A DNA stretch of 64,000 bases from Octopus sinensis (GCF_006345805.1 NC_042998.1:115878001-115942000); one strand, 5' to 3'. Shown: positions 1-12,688, numbered from the stretch's first letter. A program made the numbers and translations. The notes: a model not told the origin generated them from the sequence alone.

Positions 1-1181
1 TAATTTGTTTGCCGGGAAGGAGCATCTTTGCATATATTTCGGTCCTTCTGCTACATTTTTGTCATCATATTTTTCCAAATATGTAGGGAATTTCATTTAA
101 TTAAGAAAGTCTTTAAATGCGGTTTCCAATATCGCACCGTTTAACCATCGACATGATAGTTCTATTTCAGAAAATTATGCATATTATTCTGTTTATGTAT
201 ATGTCTAAAAATGTGCTAATGTGTGCCAATCTATATCTATTGGTCTATACTAATGTGTGCCAGTCACCCGAAGTATGATAAGAATTGTCTCTAGTGTATA
301 AACAAAGCCCAGACTGTTCTTTACGTAACAATATAGATGAACTTAAGAAGCCAATTCTTTATTTCTTAAATTTCTATCCCTTTCTCTTTGAGAGTTGGTA
401 GAAATTACCTTCAGTTCTTTGTTTCCACTCTCTCACTAAGTGAAAAAAAAATTATTTAACCAAAGACTTACATACAACATTCATTACACCACTCTTGGTA
501 TAATTTTTCTTGATATATTTTATTTTCATTTTTATGATAAATAATTACAATACATCAATAGAAAAGAACAAGGTAGACATATTCCTGTAGTATTGATCTG
601 CGAGACAGCACTCTTCAGGGATTGAATTCAGATAAATCAAGGAAGCTCTGAAGAAGTAAGAATTTGACATTTGAAGAATGACTGACGCACAATCTGTTGT
701 TTCACACAAGAGTTTTTTTTTTATATATAGACTTCAAATTATTAGAGCGTCGGAGAATATGGCAGAAAGTCTTGCAATATTTGCTACGACTGAGTTTAAA
801 TTCCGTGACCACTTTGACTTTCGTATTTTGGAGCCTCATAACATAGAAAACATACCAATTCAAAGGAGTTTATAGACAACTGCAAGAACGCCGGACCAGT
901 TGACTTTTAGCATTTTCGCCAGCCGTTTGTAGTTTTAGTTCAAACCCCACTAAGGGTTTCATGGGTGGTAGATTTAATCAGATTAACAGCACCACATGGT
1001 ATCTCGGAATATTTTAACGAAGATCACACTTGTAAATAATCGGGCCAACTTTCTAGATTGTGCATAGCATTCTTCATTTCTCTCATCAGTTTTGAAAGAA
1101 CTGTAAAGAATGATTATTACCACCTTCGTTCGTGACCAGCAAAAGAAAAATAAAACTAGTAAAAGAAAAGGAAAAAATATC

Positions 1182-1263
1182 AGGCGTGGCTGTGTGGTAA
1201 AAAGTTTGCTTCCCGAGCCAACCATTGTAAATGGATTTGGTAGACGGAAACGGAAATAACCCC
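1182..1263 (+). mobile_element. SINE family B copy, internally deleted
   Basis: Head AGGCGTGGCTGTGTGGTAAAAAGTTTGCTTCCC joined directly to tail GGATTTGGTAGACGGAAAC; same family as 8575, 20712 and 25401. Confidence 0.75.
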
Positions 1264-1284
1264 ATTGTACATAAAAGTGAATTA

Positions 1285-1497
1285 TACAGAGAAAGAGGTT
1301 ATCTCATGCCTGCACCTATGGCATCCCTCTGGACGGGTTTTCTTCAGGAAACTGACATTTCCAGATACTATATCTCTAGACTCAGGACTGGATATTAGAG
1401 ATCTGAACACAGCAATGTAGGACTGTATAGTGTGGAAAGGGATTGTCAACAGAGTTCCGGCCAACCCTAGGTTGGTCGAGGGATGATGATGATGAAA
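1285..1497 (+). mobile_element. 3' end of an RTE-type LINE (degenerate)
   Basis: Broken frame resembling SRDSGLDIRDLNTAM-D-IVWKGIVN, typical of an RTE ORF C-terminus, ending in a (GAT)n tail. Confidence 0.5.
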
Positions 1498-1588
1498 ATA
1501 TACATAACAAAAACAGGGAAAGTAACCGTTTTTCCCAGTAAGCTACCAGGTATAGATCATTCGTTTTATTATTTAATATATACATACT

Positions 1589-1715
<127 letters not shown>

Positions 1716-1767
1716 GCGTGTATGTCTTTTTCTCTGTGTTTGCTCTCTATCATCGCTTGTCAACCGG

Positions 1768-1930
1768 TATTGTTTTGTTTACATCCCTGTAAATGAGTTG
1801 TTCGGCAAAAGAGACCGATAGCATCAGTCATTAAAAAATAAGTAATGTGACAGATTTATTCGACTAAATCAATCAACGCAGTGCTCCAGTATTACCGCAG
1901 CCCAATGTCTGAAACAAATAAGAAATAAAC
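1768..1930 (+). mobile_element. SINE family C, 3' part
   Basis: GTTCGGCAAAAGAGACCGATAG ... GTGCTCCAG ... GCAGCCCAATGTCTGAAACAAATAAG; related short tail at 2108-2166 and reverse-strand copies near 17850 and 20005. Confidence 0.65.
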
Positions 1931-2268
1931 ATATTAATGTTTATTTTTATATCAATTCCCATATAAAACAGTCTAACTTTAAAATGAACGTTTACTGAAT
2001 AGTTTACAGTGCAGTCTATATTTAATAATATATATCAGTCTTTCAAAGATGTATCTGCTTTAAGTATGTTAGGCGGATTGTTATTTTCAGCCAATACTGC
2101 TTCTGTCAGTGTTCGGCGATGGACAAGCAAGGCTGTGCTCCAATGACTGAAAGAAATAAAAGAGTATTATGTAGAGTGAATGTGCTTCATGCTTGGAAGT
2201 GAACCAAATTTGAGCTCAGTTTTTTCACAGCGCTCAGGTTTTCAAGTGGCGAATAAGCATATGCATAA

Positions 2269-2480
2269 GGTAGCAAGCTGGCACAAACGTTAAGCACACC
2301 GGGTGAAATGCTTAGCGGTATTTCTTCTTACATTCTGAGTTCAAATTCCACGAAGGTCGACTTTGCGTTTCATACTTTCGGAGCCGATAAATTAAGTACC
2401 AGTTGTGTACTGTAATCGATCAAATCGATTGGCCCCCTCACCCAAAATTTCGGGCCTTGTGCTTAGTGTAGAAAAGAATA
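2269..2480 (+). mobile_element. tRNA-derived SINE family A, near full length
   Basis: A-box-like GCAAGCTGGCACAAACG, B-box-like GAGTTCAAATTCC, body GGTCGACTTTGC...GATAAATTAAGTACCAG; about ten related copies in the window. Confidence 0.85.
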
Positions 2481-2525
2481 TGTACATAATACATACATGC
2501 ATACATACATACATGCATACAAACG

Positions 2526-4330
2526 CGTGTGATGATTGCTTCACCATCACGGATAATTGTCTTCTCTTGAACTTCATCGTTGCCAATAGCATTTTTGACA
2601 TTCTGTCCATGACTTCTAATATGATTTTTCTGTTTTGCTGCAGATTTGCATGGTTTGAAACTTCGGTTACAGACGAAAGTGGTATCTTCCCCAGGATTGA
2701 TTGGAGCACTTTGTGAGATGTGATCTGCGTGAACCACCATAAGTATCTTTAACTCCGAAGTCGCCTTGCACCCCTATCACACACTACACGCATCGAATTA
2801 TCTCGTTGAGGAGGAAGAACGTTACATACAGTTGATCTTTCATAGGGTTTCAGATGGTCGACATACCCAACTTTGAAAGGAGTACGCAACCACACGTATC
2901 ACACTTCCAAAATGTCATGCTCTCGTTGAGGCTGTGATAGCTACCCTTCGGAGCCAGCGCTTTAGACTTTGGGCACAATGTGACCCTTTTCAAAAGTTTT
3001 ACAACATTCCCTTATACAGCCCTTTCTAGGCTCTCTACATTGATCTTCAGTATCTTCAGGACGCCTTTTATGTAGTTTTGTGCCTTGTTGTGGCTTTTGC
3101 TGAGGACGCTTTCCAGTACATAGTTCACTGTAGAACAACTGCTTTGAAATCCAGTTATCTTCCATACGCACATCACCAACTCAATACATCTGAGTAGATA
3201 TGATGTGACTGGATGCTTGTGCATTGTGAATTTGCAAGGACATTTGCGTCAGCTGTTTTCCTTTGCCATTTAATGTTGAGTATGTGTCTCAAATATTTGA
3301 GAATTTCAGCAGCTTGAGATGCTTACCATCCATGTTTCAGAAGTGTACAGCAGAGCCTTGTAACGCTCAGTTTGGTCTTGCTGGTGATGCTGCGATTTGC
3401 CTAGACTCCCCAAGTTTCCCAAATGCTACAGATGCTTTCTGAATACATAGATGTATTTTTCATCTAGGGAATCATCTCTCGACAACATGCTACTCAGGTA
3501 AATAAAAGTGCCAACTACATCCAATCTTTTACCGTATCCTACAATATCTAACTTTACATACAGTTCGCCTGATGCAGGTGTGAATATTATCTTGTCTTTT
3601 TTTTCAGACTTATTTTAAGATCAAATGTCGTACATGAAGCAGCAGAACGATTCAGAATGTGTTGTATGTTAGGGAAGCCAGGGAAGCATTATCATGAAGC
3701 AATTTCCTGATCAATCTCAAACGTTTCCGACTTGAAGGTGAACTTTCTCAATTTGAAGATTTTTCCAATAGTTCTGAACTGGAAGAGGACACCTCTATCA
3801 CTGTCGTGGAATGCATGAGTAAGTAGAACAGCAAAAAATAACGGAAAAGTTACGCTATTGTCAATATTTACTTTAAGACAACCCGAGAGTCCATGTCTTG
3901 GTGCAACCACTTAAACATATTGACTGGGCACCCGACCTTCCCAAGTTATGTCCACAGTGCATCTCTGATAATAGCATTAAAATCTTTCACCGATGTAAAG
4001 GTACCTGTTGTTCAGTGCGTTTTTCTTGTATCTGTCTTGCATAGAATATCACAACGACTCCCCCTCTACCTGACCTAAATCCACATTTCGAATTAGGAAT
4101 CACTGAAGGACAGATATCTTCCATCAAACTTTGCTGATATCTTCCAGGAGTGTGATGACACAATAGTGGTCACAAATTCTTTTTTCCTCCTATACCATTT
4201 ACCATCTTCACGTAGAATGCTATCAAGCATCTTCGAACCTTTTGCATCGAAGGCTCTTTGAATCTCTGACGAAACCATTCATTCTTAGTTCTCCTTAGTT
4301 ACAGTTGTAACGTTGTTCTGTATTCCGTAT
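2526..4330 (-). mobile_element. RTE (BovB-like) LINE, 5'-truncated and frameshifted
   Basis: Minus-strand peptides: FPLFFAVLLTHAFHDSDRGVLFQFRTIGKIFKLR (RT, RTE/BovB-like insert), RMEDNWISKQLFYSELCTGKRPQQKP (RTE C-terminus), SSEIQRAFDAKGSKML (linker), FVCNRSFKPCKSAAKQKNHIRSH (degenerate zinc-finger-like end). Confidence 0.85.
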
Positions 4331-5377
4331 ATTCTTTAAAAATCCTCTCCATAATAGGCTGTAGGGAGGGCACTGGCTCTAAATATTTTCACGTTTTAAT
4401 TACCTACCTACCTAAACTCCCTACCTACCTTCTTACTTACCTACTTACATGCATAACACACGTATGTATCGAAACATATGCAAGTCATTGTTATATATGC
4501 TATAGAAAACGTTTTAATAAAAAGGTTCTGAATGTGAATAAATCTCCACTCTCCTCTTTGTTATCAATTATATTTATTTATTTACATATCTATATATTTG
4601 TGTGTGTAGTTGTGATTCTCTATCGTTCAGTGTTGAAGATTTAGTGGTTCGTACTTGAGTGACACGACGTACGAAAAGGCTGTACCTTTTGGATTACTCG
4701 GACAGTGTATCTGGCGGCTTTCTACAGAGTTTCTGTGTTTCAGTATTTGCCTACAGTGTATGTTTTAACACAAAAACACAAATCTATAGAAAATGGCTAA
4801 CACATGATACCCCGGAATCTCGAAGCAAACGTCTTGGCCATGAAGCCACATGCATGTACGCACGCACGTTGGTTTTCCTTTTATTATTTATTTAGAAATC
4901 ATCATCTACATGATGTATACAACAACTCATCTATGCATCAATGCATGCATCCATCGACGCATTGTTCCATTGTAGAGGTATACATGACTGCATACTGCAT
5001 ACTTATACAATATAGCCACAAGAAGTTTGGTAATACCATTTACGTGACAGCTCGTATACTAAAAATAAAAGGATAATAACGGACACCGTTGCCCTTAATA
5101 ATTCAAACATACACAGGAAAATTGATTTATTGAAAAAGCTAGTAGTATCACTGAAATTGTAACTGACGTATATACAAATAGCAAAATACAGGAACTGTGG
5201 TAAAACAAAACGCGGAATATGAATGACAGATGAAATTAAAATTTCTTCTTGTATATTCTATATCAACTTATTTTTCAGAAACACTAATGGGTGACATTCA
5301 AATATATGTTTATTTAAAATTGCACAGCTGATGTTGTTGTCAATTCACTACGAATAATACACACACAGACAGGCCTC

Positions 5378-5595
<218 letters not shown>

Positions 5596-5689
5596 ATGAG
5601 TAATATTCAGTCATGTATATAAATAAATTTACTAATATGTTTTTGAATAAGTACATAGTTTACATATGACACATACTATTGCTGTCACA

Positions 5690-6650
5690 AGTATATTATT
5701 CTTAAACAAGAGTATTATTGAAAATGAGTACGAAATTATACTATAGGGATAGTTCAGACTGTAGGTTGAGGGATGGATCTGACTGTAGGTTGAGGGATGG
5801 AGCTGACCTGTTTAGTCGTTGGGAAAAAATTATGGGTTTGATGTTTTAGTGTTGTAAAGATTTTGTGCTTGCATGAAAAGATTAGTTCAGAGTCTCTGTT
5901 CAGACTTTGGTCCATAAATGTTAGAAGGTGGTAGGATTCATTAGTACAAAGTTGGCAGGGCTTGTTTTTATTTTGGTATGGTTGCGTGTATATATTTTGA
6001 TTTATCGATTTTAAAATCCATATATGCTTAGTGACGTTTCATTTTTCATGTTTGGTTTGAGAAAAGTGTGCGTGTGTTGGTTGTATCGAGTCTTGAACAG
6101 TTTTGCTGTAGATCCTATAAATGTTGGTGTCGTGTTCGTGGTTATCGTTGCGATATATACGAAATTTATTGAGAGACAGTTTCCTTCTAGAGGGCAGGAT
6201 GAATTTTTCTACAACAGTAATTGTTATTATATATCTGGTATAGGTTTTCACTTTTGCATAATTTTTGGTGGTTGTAATCGGCTACAATTCTCTAAGAGTT
6301 GTTGGTAATGGAGTATGTCGATCTTACATTGTGTTTCTTTAGTAGTTTGTAATAATTGTGACTACGGTAAAAGTGATTTTGCAGAATTTAAAAAAATAAT
6401 TTAGCAATTGTTGTGGGAACTTGTATGTTGCAAGGAGGATTAAACTAGATGATTTTCCTTTTTCAATTCCTACGTATTTTATTTATTGGAGAAGTTTTGT
6501 TATTTACATTTTGTGCTTTTGCCTTGCACCACTGTTATTGAGAGTTTCATTGTATAAAGTTGCTGTTTTCTTTAGTAGTTTTTCGTTTGAATATATGGGG
6601 AACCGTCTAAAATATACCACCTACTTACATTCTTTTCTGAACCCCTAAAA
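5690..6650 (-). mobile_element. Penelope-like element (Neptune-like), thumb plus GIY-YIG endonuclease remnant
   Basis: Reverse-strand reading gives SNEKLLKKTATLYNETLNNSG, KRKII*FNPPCN (WFNPP motif), KNSSCPLEGNCLSINFVYIATI, FIGSTAKLFKTRYNQH, CQLCTNE and SCKHK, the Cys-rich linker and GIY-YIG pattern of EN+ PLEs. 24-bp tandem duplication at 5757-5804. Confidence 0.8.
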
Positions 6651-6659
6651 ATTTCCATT

Positions 6660-7070
6660 GCCAAAAAGTCGACACACCCAATTACTAAGGTTTTAAATAG
6701 TGGACTTTGTACCGTTGATATTTACATTGTCAAAGCAAATGATTAAATCTAATAAGCCAAAAAATATCTAAAACTTACATATCCCGTACCTATCTAACAA
6801 AAGGAACACAGTTAAAAATACACACCAACGAATTTGTACATAACTGAATAAATTCTAAATAATAACATAACACAAAATTCAATTAATAATTTCTCCTAAA
6901 ACACCTCTCCATAGCAAACCACTCTAGAACCTAAATGTCACTCCTCTCAAACCCCTACACCCAAAGAAAATTTTAACTTAACATTGACTGTATAAAACCA
7001 CGATTAACTTCAATGCATCACAGTGTGACGATGGCTTAACTGGCAGAAACTTCAAAGTTACTGTCAATAA
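6660..7070 (+). mobile_element. Probable PLE 3' end/pLTR remnant ending in a degenerate hammerhead motif
   Basis: A/C-rich PLE-like 3' sequence ending in the hammerhead-like motif at 7020-7064, about 120 bp before the (CA)n(TA)n tract; protein similarity not convincing. Confidence 0.45.
7020..7064 (+). ncRNA. Degenerate minimal type I hammerhead-like motif
   Basis: Stem I ACAGT/ACTGT, core GTGACGA (C3 replaced by G, uncompensated), stem II TGGC/GGCA with one mismatch, GAAA, stem III ACT/AGT, site GTT. Confidence 0.55.
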
Positions 7071-7184
7071 TTTTTTTCTTGTTTAGGAATTATAAATTTG
7101 TACTCTACAATAGTAGAGAGTAACCGACTAGGTTAAAGTTAAATTGTTTTATTATAAATGAACTGCAAAACAAACATTGACACA

Positions 7185-7365
<181 letters not shown>

Positions 7366-8574
7366 ACTCATATAATCTCTGCTTTATGTCGCCTGGTGGA
7401 TAAATACTCATGGGAGATAATTATTTATTTATAATACTTGGTAGAATTATACATTTGAATTCAAAATTTTAAAAAATATAAGGAATAAATGCACAGAATT
7501 CACACACACACTCACACATACATACACACACACACACACACATACAGGGTGCGGTGAATAAACTGTCGTCTAAGTTATGCAAAAAGGACAACAACACTGA
7601 CTTCTCATTTTAACAGATATCTCTATGTATATAAAACTGAGAATGTGTGTCTGTCTGTCTGTCTGTTTCCCTAAAACTTGAGAACTACACAACCAATTTC
7701 ATTCAAATTTTACACATGCCTTACTTAAGGTCCGAGGAGTGTCATCGGCAAAGAAATATTAACTTTTTCCCTAGGGCGACCCCACATCAATATCATATCT
7801 TCTCCACTATTTCAGTATTACGTGTTAAAAGTGAAACAAAAACATCTCTCTTTTGTAATGCAGACACTTTCACTATTAAATTTAAAGTATTATATAACAG
7901 GGATGAACCATTAGCAATGGTCATCCATTTTGCTAGAAGAAGATCCGATATGGTCTTATATGCTACACCACTGGTTTTCAATTCATATTAATCACATTAA
8001 TATTCTACTTGAACTTGAGTAAGTGGTTTCACATAAATGGGGATAAATTAAAAAGGTTTGTTGTTATTATTATTACTATTTGACTATTGTAATCACGTTT
8101 GTTGGTTCCTTGTCAGGGGAGCGTTGTTGTGTGGCATTTGTTAAATAATTATAAACCGTAACCCTCCCCCTTTCGGAGAAGAGGCTTTAGTTATTGTTTA
8201 AAAATTGAATTGTGTCCCTGTTTGGGGAAATTGACAATATTTTCACCGTCTTTACGGAAGCATTTTCCCTAAAATGCCTTCGATAGAAGAAAGTCCAAAA
8301 ATGAATTTCGCTGCAGCTGTACACTTCTATACAAGAGGGCGGACAAGATCCATTTGATCGAAATTGCAAGAGACGGGCCAACAATTCCAGTCTGTAATAT
8401 ATTTTGAGTATTGTTATCACTAGCGATATCAAGATATAACTTTGTATTTTGTATTTTATGTGTAGATATATATATATAGATGTACATGTAATATGTACAC
8501 ATATATATACACATATATACATGCATAATATATCTATACATACACACATACGCACACACACACACATACATAGG

Positions 8575-8710
8575 GGCAGGTGTGGCTGTGTAGTAACAAA
8601 CTACGTTCCAAACACATGGTCCTGGGTTCAGTCCCACCGTGTGGTGACTTGGCCTGTGTCTTCTGCTGTAACCTCAGATCAACAAAAGCCTTCTCAGTGG
8701 ATTTTGTACA
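8575..8710 (+). mobile_element. SINE family B nested in the Helitron
   Basis: GCAGGTGTGGCTGTGTAGTAA...GGGTTCAGTCCCAC...GTGGATTTTGTA, matching the other family B copies. Confidence 0.8.
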
Positions 8711-8779
8711 TATATACAGGCATACATACATATATACACATGCATACGTACATATTCGGCATAAACACTCTACCACTAC

Positions 8780-9610
8780 AACTAATAACTGTTGGGAACA
8801 CTTTCAAACCTGCCTTACATTCCAACAGGAATCTCAACGCCCGAGTTTTCCATCTCAAGTTAATCTCTCTCATGGAGCTCATACAAAAAGGACAAGTCTT
8901 TGGGCCCATACAATGTGACATGTACACAATCGAGTGGCAAATATCCTTCCACATGCTCATATCCTGCTTTGGCTTTCAGCGAAGATCAATTCCAATGACA
9001 TCGTCAACATAATCTCTGCAGAGCTTCCTGATCCAGCTTTAGACAAAGAACTATACGAAATAGTTAAAGCAAACATGGTACATGGTCCATGTTGGCGTGG
9101 ATTCAACATAAACTCACCATGCTTGAAGGACAGCATATGTTCAAAAATATTTCCAAGGAGGTTCCTACAAGAAACTCAGACAGATGCTGATGGGTATCCA
9201 TCATACAGAGGCAGAAAACCAGAAGACGGAGGTTTCACAGCAACTATCGGACAGCACGATATTGATAATAGATGGATTGTTCCATACTGCCCACTCCTGT
9301 CAAAGACTTTCAATGCCCACATCAACGTTGAGTTTTGCAACTCCGTTAAATCCGTCAAGTACGTTTGCAAATATGTAAACAAGGGTTCTGACGCTGCAAT
9401 GTTTGGACTCCAACAAGAATACTGCCAGGATGAGGTGACGCAATATCAGGTGGGATGGTACATAAGTAGCAACGAGGCTTTCTGGCGCATCTTTGGCTTT
9501 CCAATTCACCAACGACACCCCGCCATTCAACAGCTTGCAGTGCACCTGGAAAATGCTAATGCTTCTCTGTTGGCAGGGGAACCAAGGGAGAGCACACTCA
9601 CTGCATTCAT
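8780..9610 (+). pseudogene. Helitron Rep (HUH endonuclease) fragment, frameshifted
   Basis: NARVFHLKL...FG...YTIEWQ then frameshift into LPHAHILLWL (HUH motif 2), NVEFCNSVKSVKYVCKYVNKGSD (motif 3 Y-x-x-K-Y), ISSNEAFWRIFGFPIH; no helicase domain. Confidence 0.92.
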
Positions 9611-9619
9611 CAAGCTTTG

Positions 9620-9680
<61 letters not shown>

Positions 9681-9766
9681 CCATATATATATAACAGAAA
9701 AGTCTAATTCTTCAATTGAATGTAACCGGGCAACGCCGAGTATCTCTGCTAGTATATATTTATATA

Positions 9767-10268
9767 CATGGAAAAATGCAAGCATGAAAAGTAATATTCT
9801 TAAGATTATAAAGCTGGAAAAGTCCGGGACAAGTTATTACACCTGCAAACGTATAGGACAAACTACTACTTCAAGTAAAATAAAGAATAAGAAACTTTTT
9901 ACTTAAAATATTGCACCAAAGAATGACACTTCTTCTAATTTATCACTCTTTAGAGTTCTCATCTTTTATTGCGCAAAACTGTTCAGCTAATTTGCAAGTT
10001 TTTCTAATTAGTCACTATTTTCTGTATTTAAAGTAGTAAAGTAACCAAATTGTACTTAAATATGTATAGTGTTATTTGAAAACTATAATAAAATAATTTT
10101 TAATATTCAAATTTTAATTTTAGCTGCAATATTTTAAGTAAAATGTTTCTTATACTTTACTTGAAGTAATAGCTTGTCCTATACTCTTACAGATGTAATA
10201 ACTTGTCCTGTACTTTTCTAGGTTTATAATCTTAAGAATCTTATTTTTCATGCTTGCATTTTTCCATG
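9767..10268. mobile_element. Foldback/MITE-like element with about 155-bp inverted arms
   Basis: CATGGAAAAATGCAAGCATG...TTAAAATATTGCA (9767 to about 9915) mirrored by TGCAATATTTTAAG...CATGCTTGCATTTTTCCATG (about 10126 to 10268); spacer about 200 bp. Confidence 0.8.
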
Positions 10269-10892
10269 CAATCCATGATTTTTCCAGACATTGCTATTAT
10301 AAGATAAGTAATAATGTGTCAATAATTTAAGATTTTACCTTATAAAATACTGAAAAATAATATTTCAATTTATCCATGTTGAATATATATATATTGTGAT
10401 TGAATTATTTGATATTACCCATCTACACCAAATTTATGGCAGGGATTTTTACCATGTTGTTCTTTGCACCATGGATCACCAAAAATTACAAACATCAAGA
10501 TCCCAAAACGATCAGTTACCAGGCTCACCTTAAGTAACGTAATTTTGCAATGTTAGGATGTCACAGGAATTCATTCAACTAAAAAACATTTCCCTCGATT
10601 CCGGGATTGGGAGAGTGAACCCCACCTAATTTTTTCCGAACCAAAATAAGGGATTTCCAGCACATTAGGAGGTCTTGATTCCACGCAAAAAAATCTTTTT
10701 TTTCTTAGTGAAAATCGTGCGGAAGTTAATATAGAAATTGACTATAATGTTGTTATTTAGCCTCAAATCAACCCTGATACTGAAAACGTATCATCAAAGA
10801 CATTCCAGCCTTCAGAAAACCGTTTTTTAGGGATAATCCAGGACATTACATACAATGGGCGTGTGATTTAGGTAGGGGGCTACTTTGGCTAC

Positions 10893-12688
10893 TTTTTCCC
10901 CAAAAACTTTTGAAATTTTTTTCAAAATTTTCCCCGAAAATTTTTCATGAAATTTTCAAAATTTTATAAAAAATTTTTTGAAAATTTTCACCAAAAACTT
11001 TTCAAAAAGTTTTGAATATTTTCCCCAAAAACTTTTGAAAAATTTTTTCAAACTTTTCCCCGAAAATTTTTCAAGAAAATAAAAAAATTTTTTGAAAATT
11101 TCCTCAAAAAATTTTTCAAAAATTTTTTGAAGATTTTCACCAAAAACTTTTGAAAAATTTTTTCAAAATTTTCCAAGAAACTTTAAAAATTTTTTTGAAA
11201 ATTTTCCCCTGAAATTTTTGAAAAGTATCTTGAAAAAGTTTTGAAAATTTTCCTCAAATATTTTTGAAAATTTTTTTGAAAATTTTCTCCAAAACTTTTT
11301 GTAGAATCTTTCGAAAATTTTTCCAAAATTTTCCCCAAAAATTTTAGAAAATTCTTTGAAAATTTTCCCCAAATATTTTTGAAAAATTTTTTGAAAATTT
11401 TCGCCAAAGTTCTTCAAAAACCTTTGAAAATTTTCCCCAAACTTTAAAAAAATTGATTCAAAATTTTCCCCGAAAATTTTTCAAGAAGTTTTGAAAATCT
11501 TTCGAAAATTTTCACCAAAAATTTAAAACAAAAAATCTTTTAAAAATTTTCCCCAAATATTATTGAAAATTGTTTTGAAAAATTTCTCCAAAAATATTTC
11601 AAGAATTTTTGAAAATTTTTCAAAATATTTACCCCAAAATTTTTCAAAAATTTTTTGAAAATTTTCGTCAAATATATTTGAAAAATTATTTGAAAATTTT
11701 CCTCAAATATTTTTGAAAATTGTTTTAAAAAATTTCCCCAAAAATATTTGAAAAATTCTTTGAAAATTTTCCCCCAAAATTAAAAAAAAGATTTTAAAAA
11801 AATTGTTTGAAAATTTTCCCCAAAAATTTTGTGAAAAATTTTCCCCCAAAGAATATTTGAAAATTTTTAAAAATATTTCCCCTAAAATTTTTCAAAAACT
11901 TTTTGAAAATTTTCCCCAAAAATTTTTGAAAAATTCTTTGAAAATTTGCCCTAAAAATTAAAAAAAAAAGAATTTCGAAAAATTGTTTGAAAATATTCCC
12001 CAAAAATTTTGTGAAAATTTTTGATAAATTTGTTGTTAATTTTTTGAAAATTTTCCCCAAAAGCTTTTGAAAAAATTTTTGAAAATTTCCCCAAAAACTT
12101 AAAAGAAATTTTTTGAAAATTTTAACCGAAAATTTTTCAAAAATGTTTTAAAAATTTTCCCCAAAAGTTTTGGAAAAATATTTTGAAAAATTTTTTGAAA
12201 ATCTCCCCCCAAAACTTTTGAAAAATTCTTTGAAAATTTTCCTAAAAGATTTTTCAAAAATTTTTTGAAAATTTTCCTAAAAAATTTTGTGAAAATTTTG
12301 GAAAATTTTTTGTAAATTTTTGGAAAATTTTCCCCCAAAGTCTTTGAAGAATTTTTTGAAAATTTCCCCCCAAAATTTTTAAGAATCATTTGAAAATTTT
12401 CTCAGAAAATTTTTCAAGAATTTTTGAAAATTTTTTGAAAATTTCCCCCCAAAATTTAAAAAAAATTTTTTGAAAATTTTCCTCGTAAATGTTTGAAAAA
12501 TTTTTTGAAATTTTTCCCCTAAAATTTTTGAAAAATTCTTTGAAAATTTGCACCAAATATTAAAATAAAATCTTTTGAAAATTTTTCACAAAGATTTTTG
12601 AAAAATTGTTTGAAAATTTTCCCCAAAAATTTTGTGAAAAGTTTTGAAAATTTTTTGAAAATTTTTTGAAAATTTTCCCCCAAAATTT
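10893..12688. repeat. Degenerate minisatellite, about 34-36-bp unit built from 11-12-bp A/T-tract subunits
   Basis: Unit close to GAAAATTTTCCCCAAAAATTTTTGAAAAATTTTTT; the CCCC marker recurs at roughly 33-37 bp with occasional extra subunits. Confidence 0.95.

Larger units (their letters stand above)
7620..9752 (+). mobile_element. Non-autonomous Helitron with both termini
   Basis: 5' end A|TCTCTATGTATATAAAACTGAG at 7620; 3' imperfect hairpin CCGGGCAACGCCGAG (9726-9740) then CTAG|T at 9749-9752; inserted in an A|T site without TSD; internal Rep remnant. Confidence 0.88.

Noticed and set aside
585-635. Minus-strand CTGAAGAG hammerhead-like start
   Set aside because: No GAAA after the putative stem II and no convincing stem I.
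678-875. 65-aa ORF or possible exon
   Set aside because: No recognisable motif, no donor site supporting an open exon, and no partner exons.
7543-7619. TACAGGGTGCGGTGAATAAA Tc1/mariner-like TIR
   Set aside because: No matching right TIR found in the window; kept only as context for the foldback finding.
11163-12389. Amphipathic-looking KIFKKF ORFs in the minisatellite
   Set aside because: The frames stay open because the repeat unit is near a multiple of three and poor in stops; no credible start context, splice sites or homology.
10893-12688. CRISPR-like array
   Set aside because: No constant repeat with unique spacers, eukaryotic context, and no cas genes.
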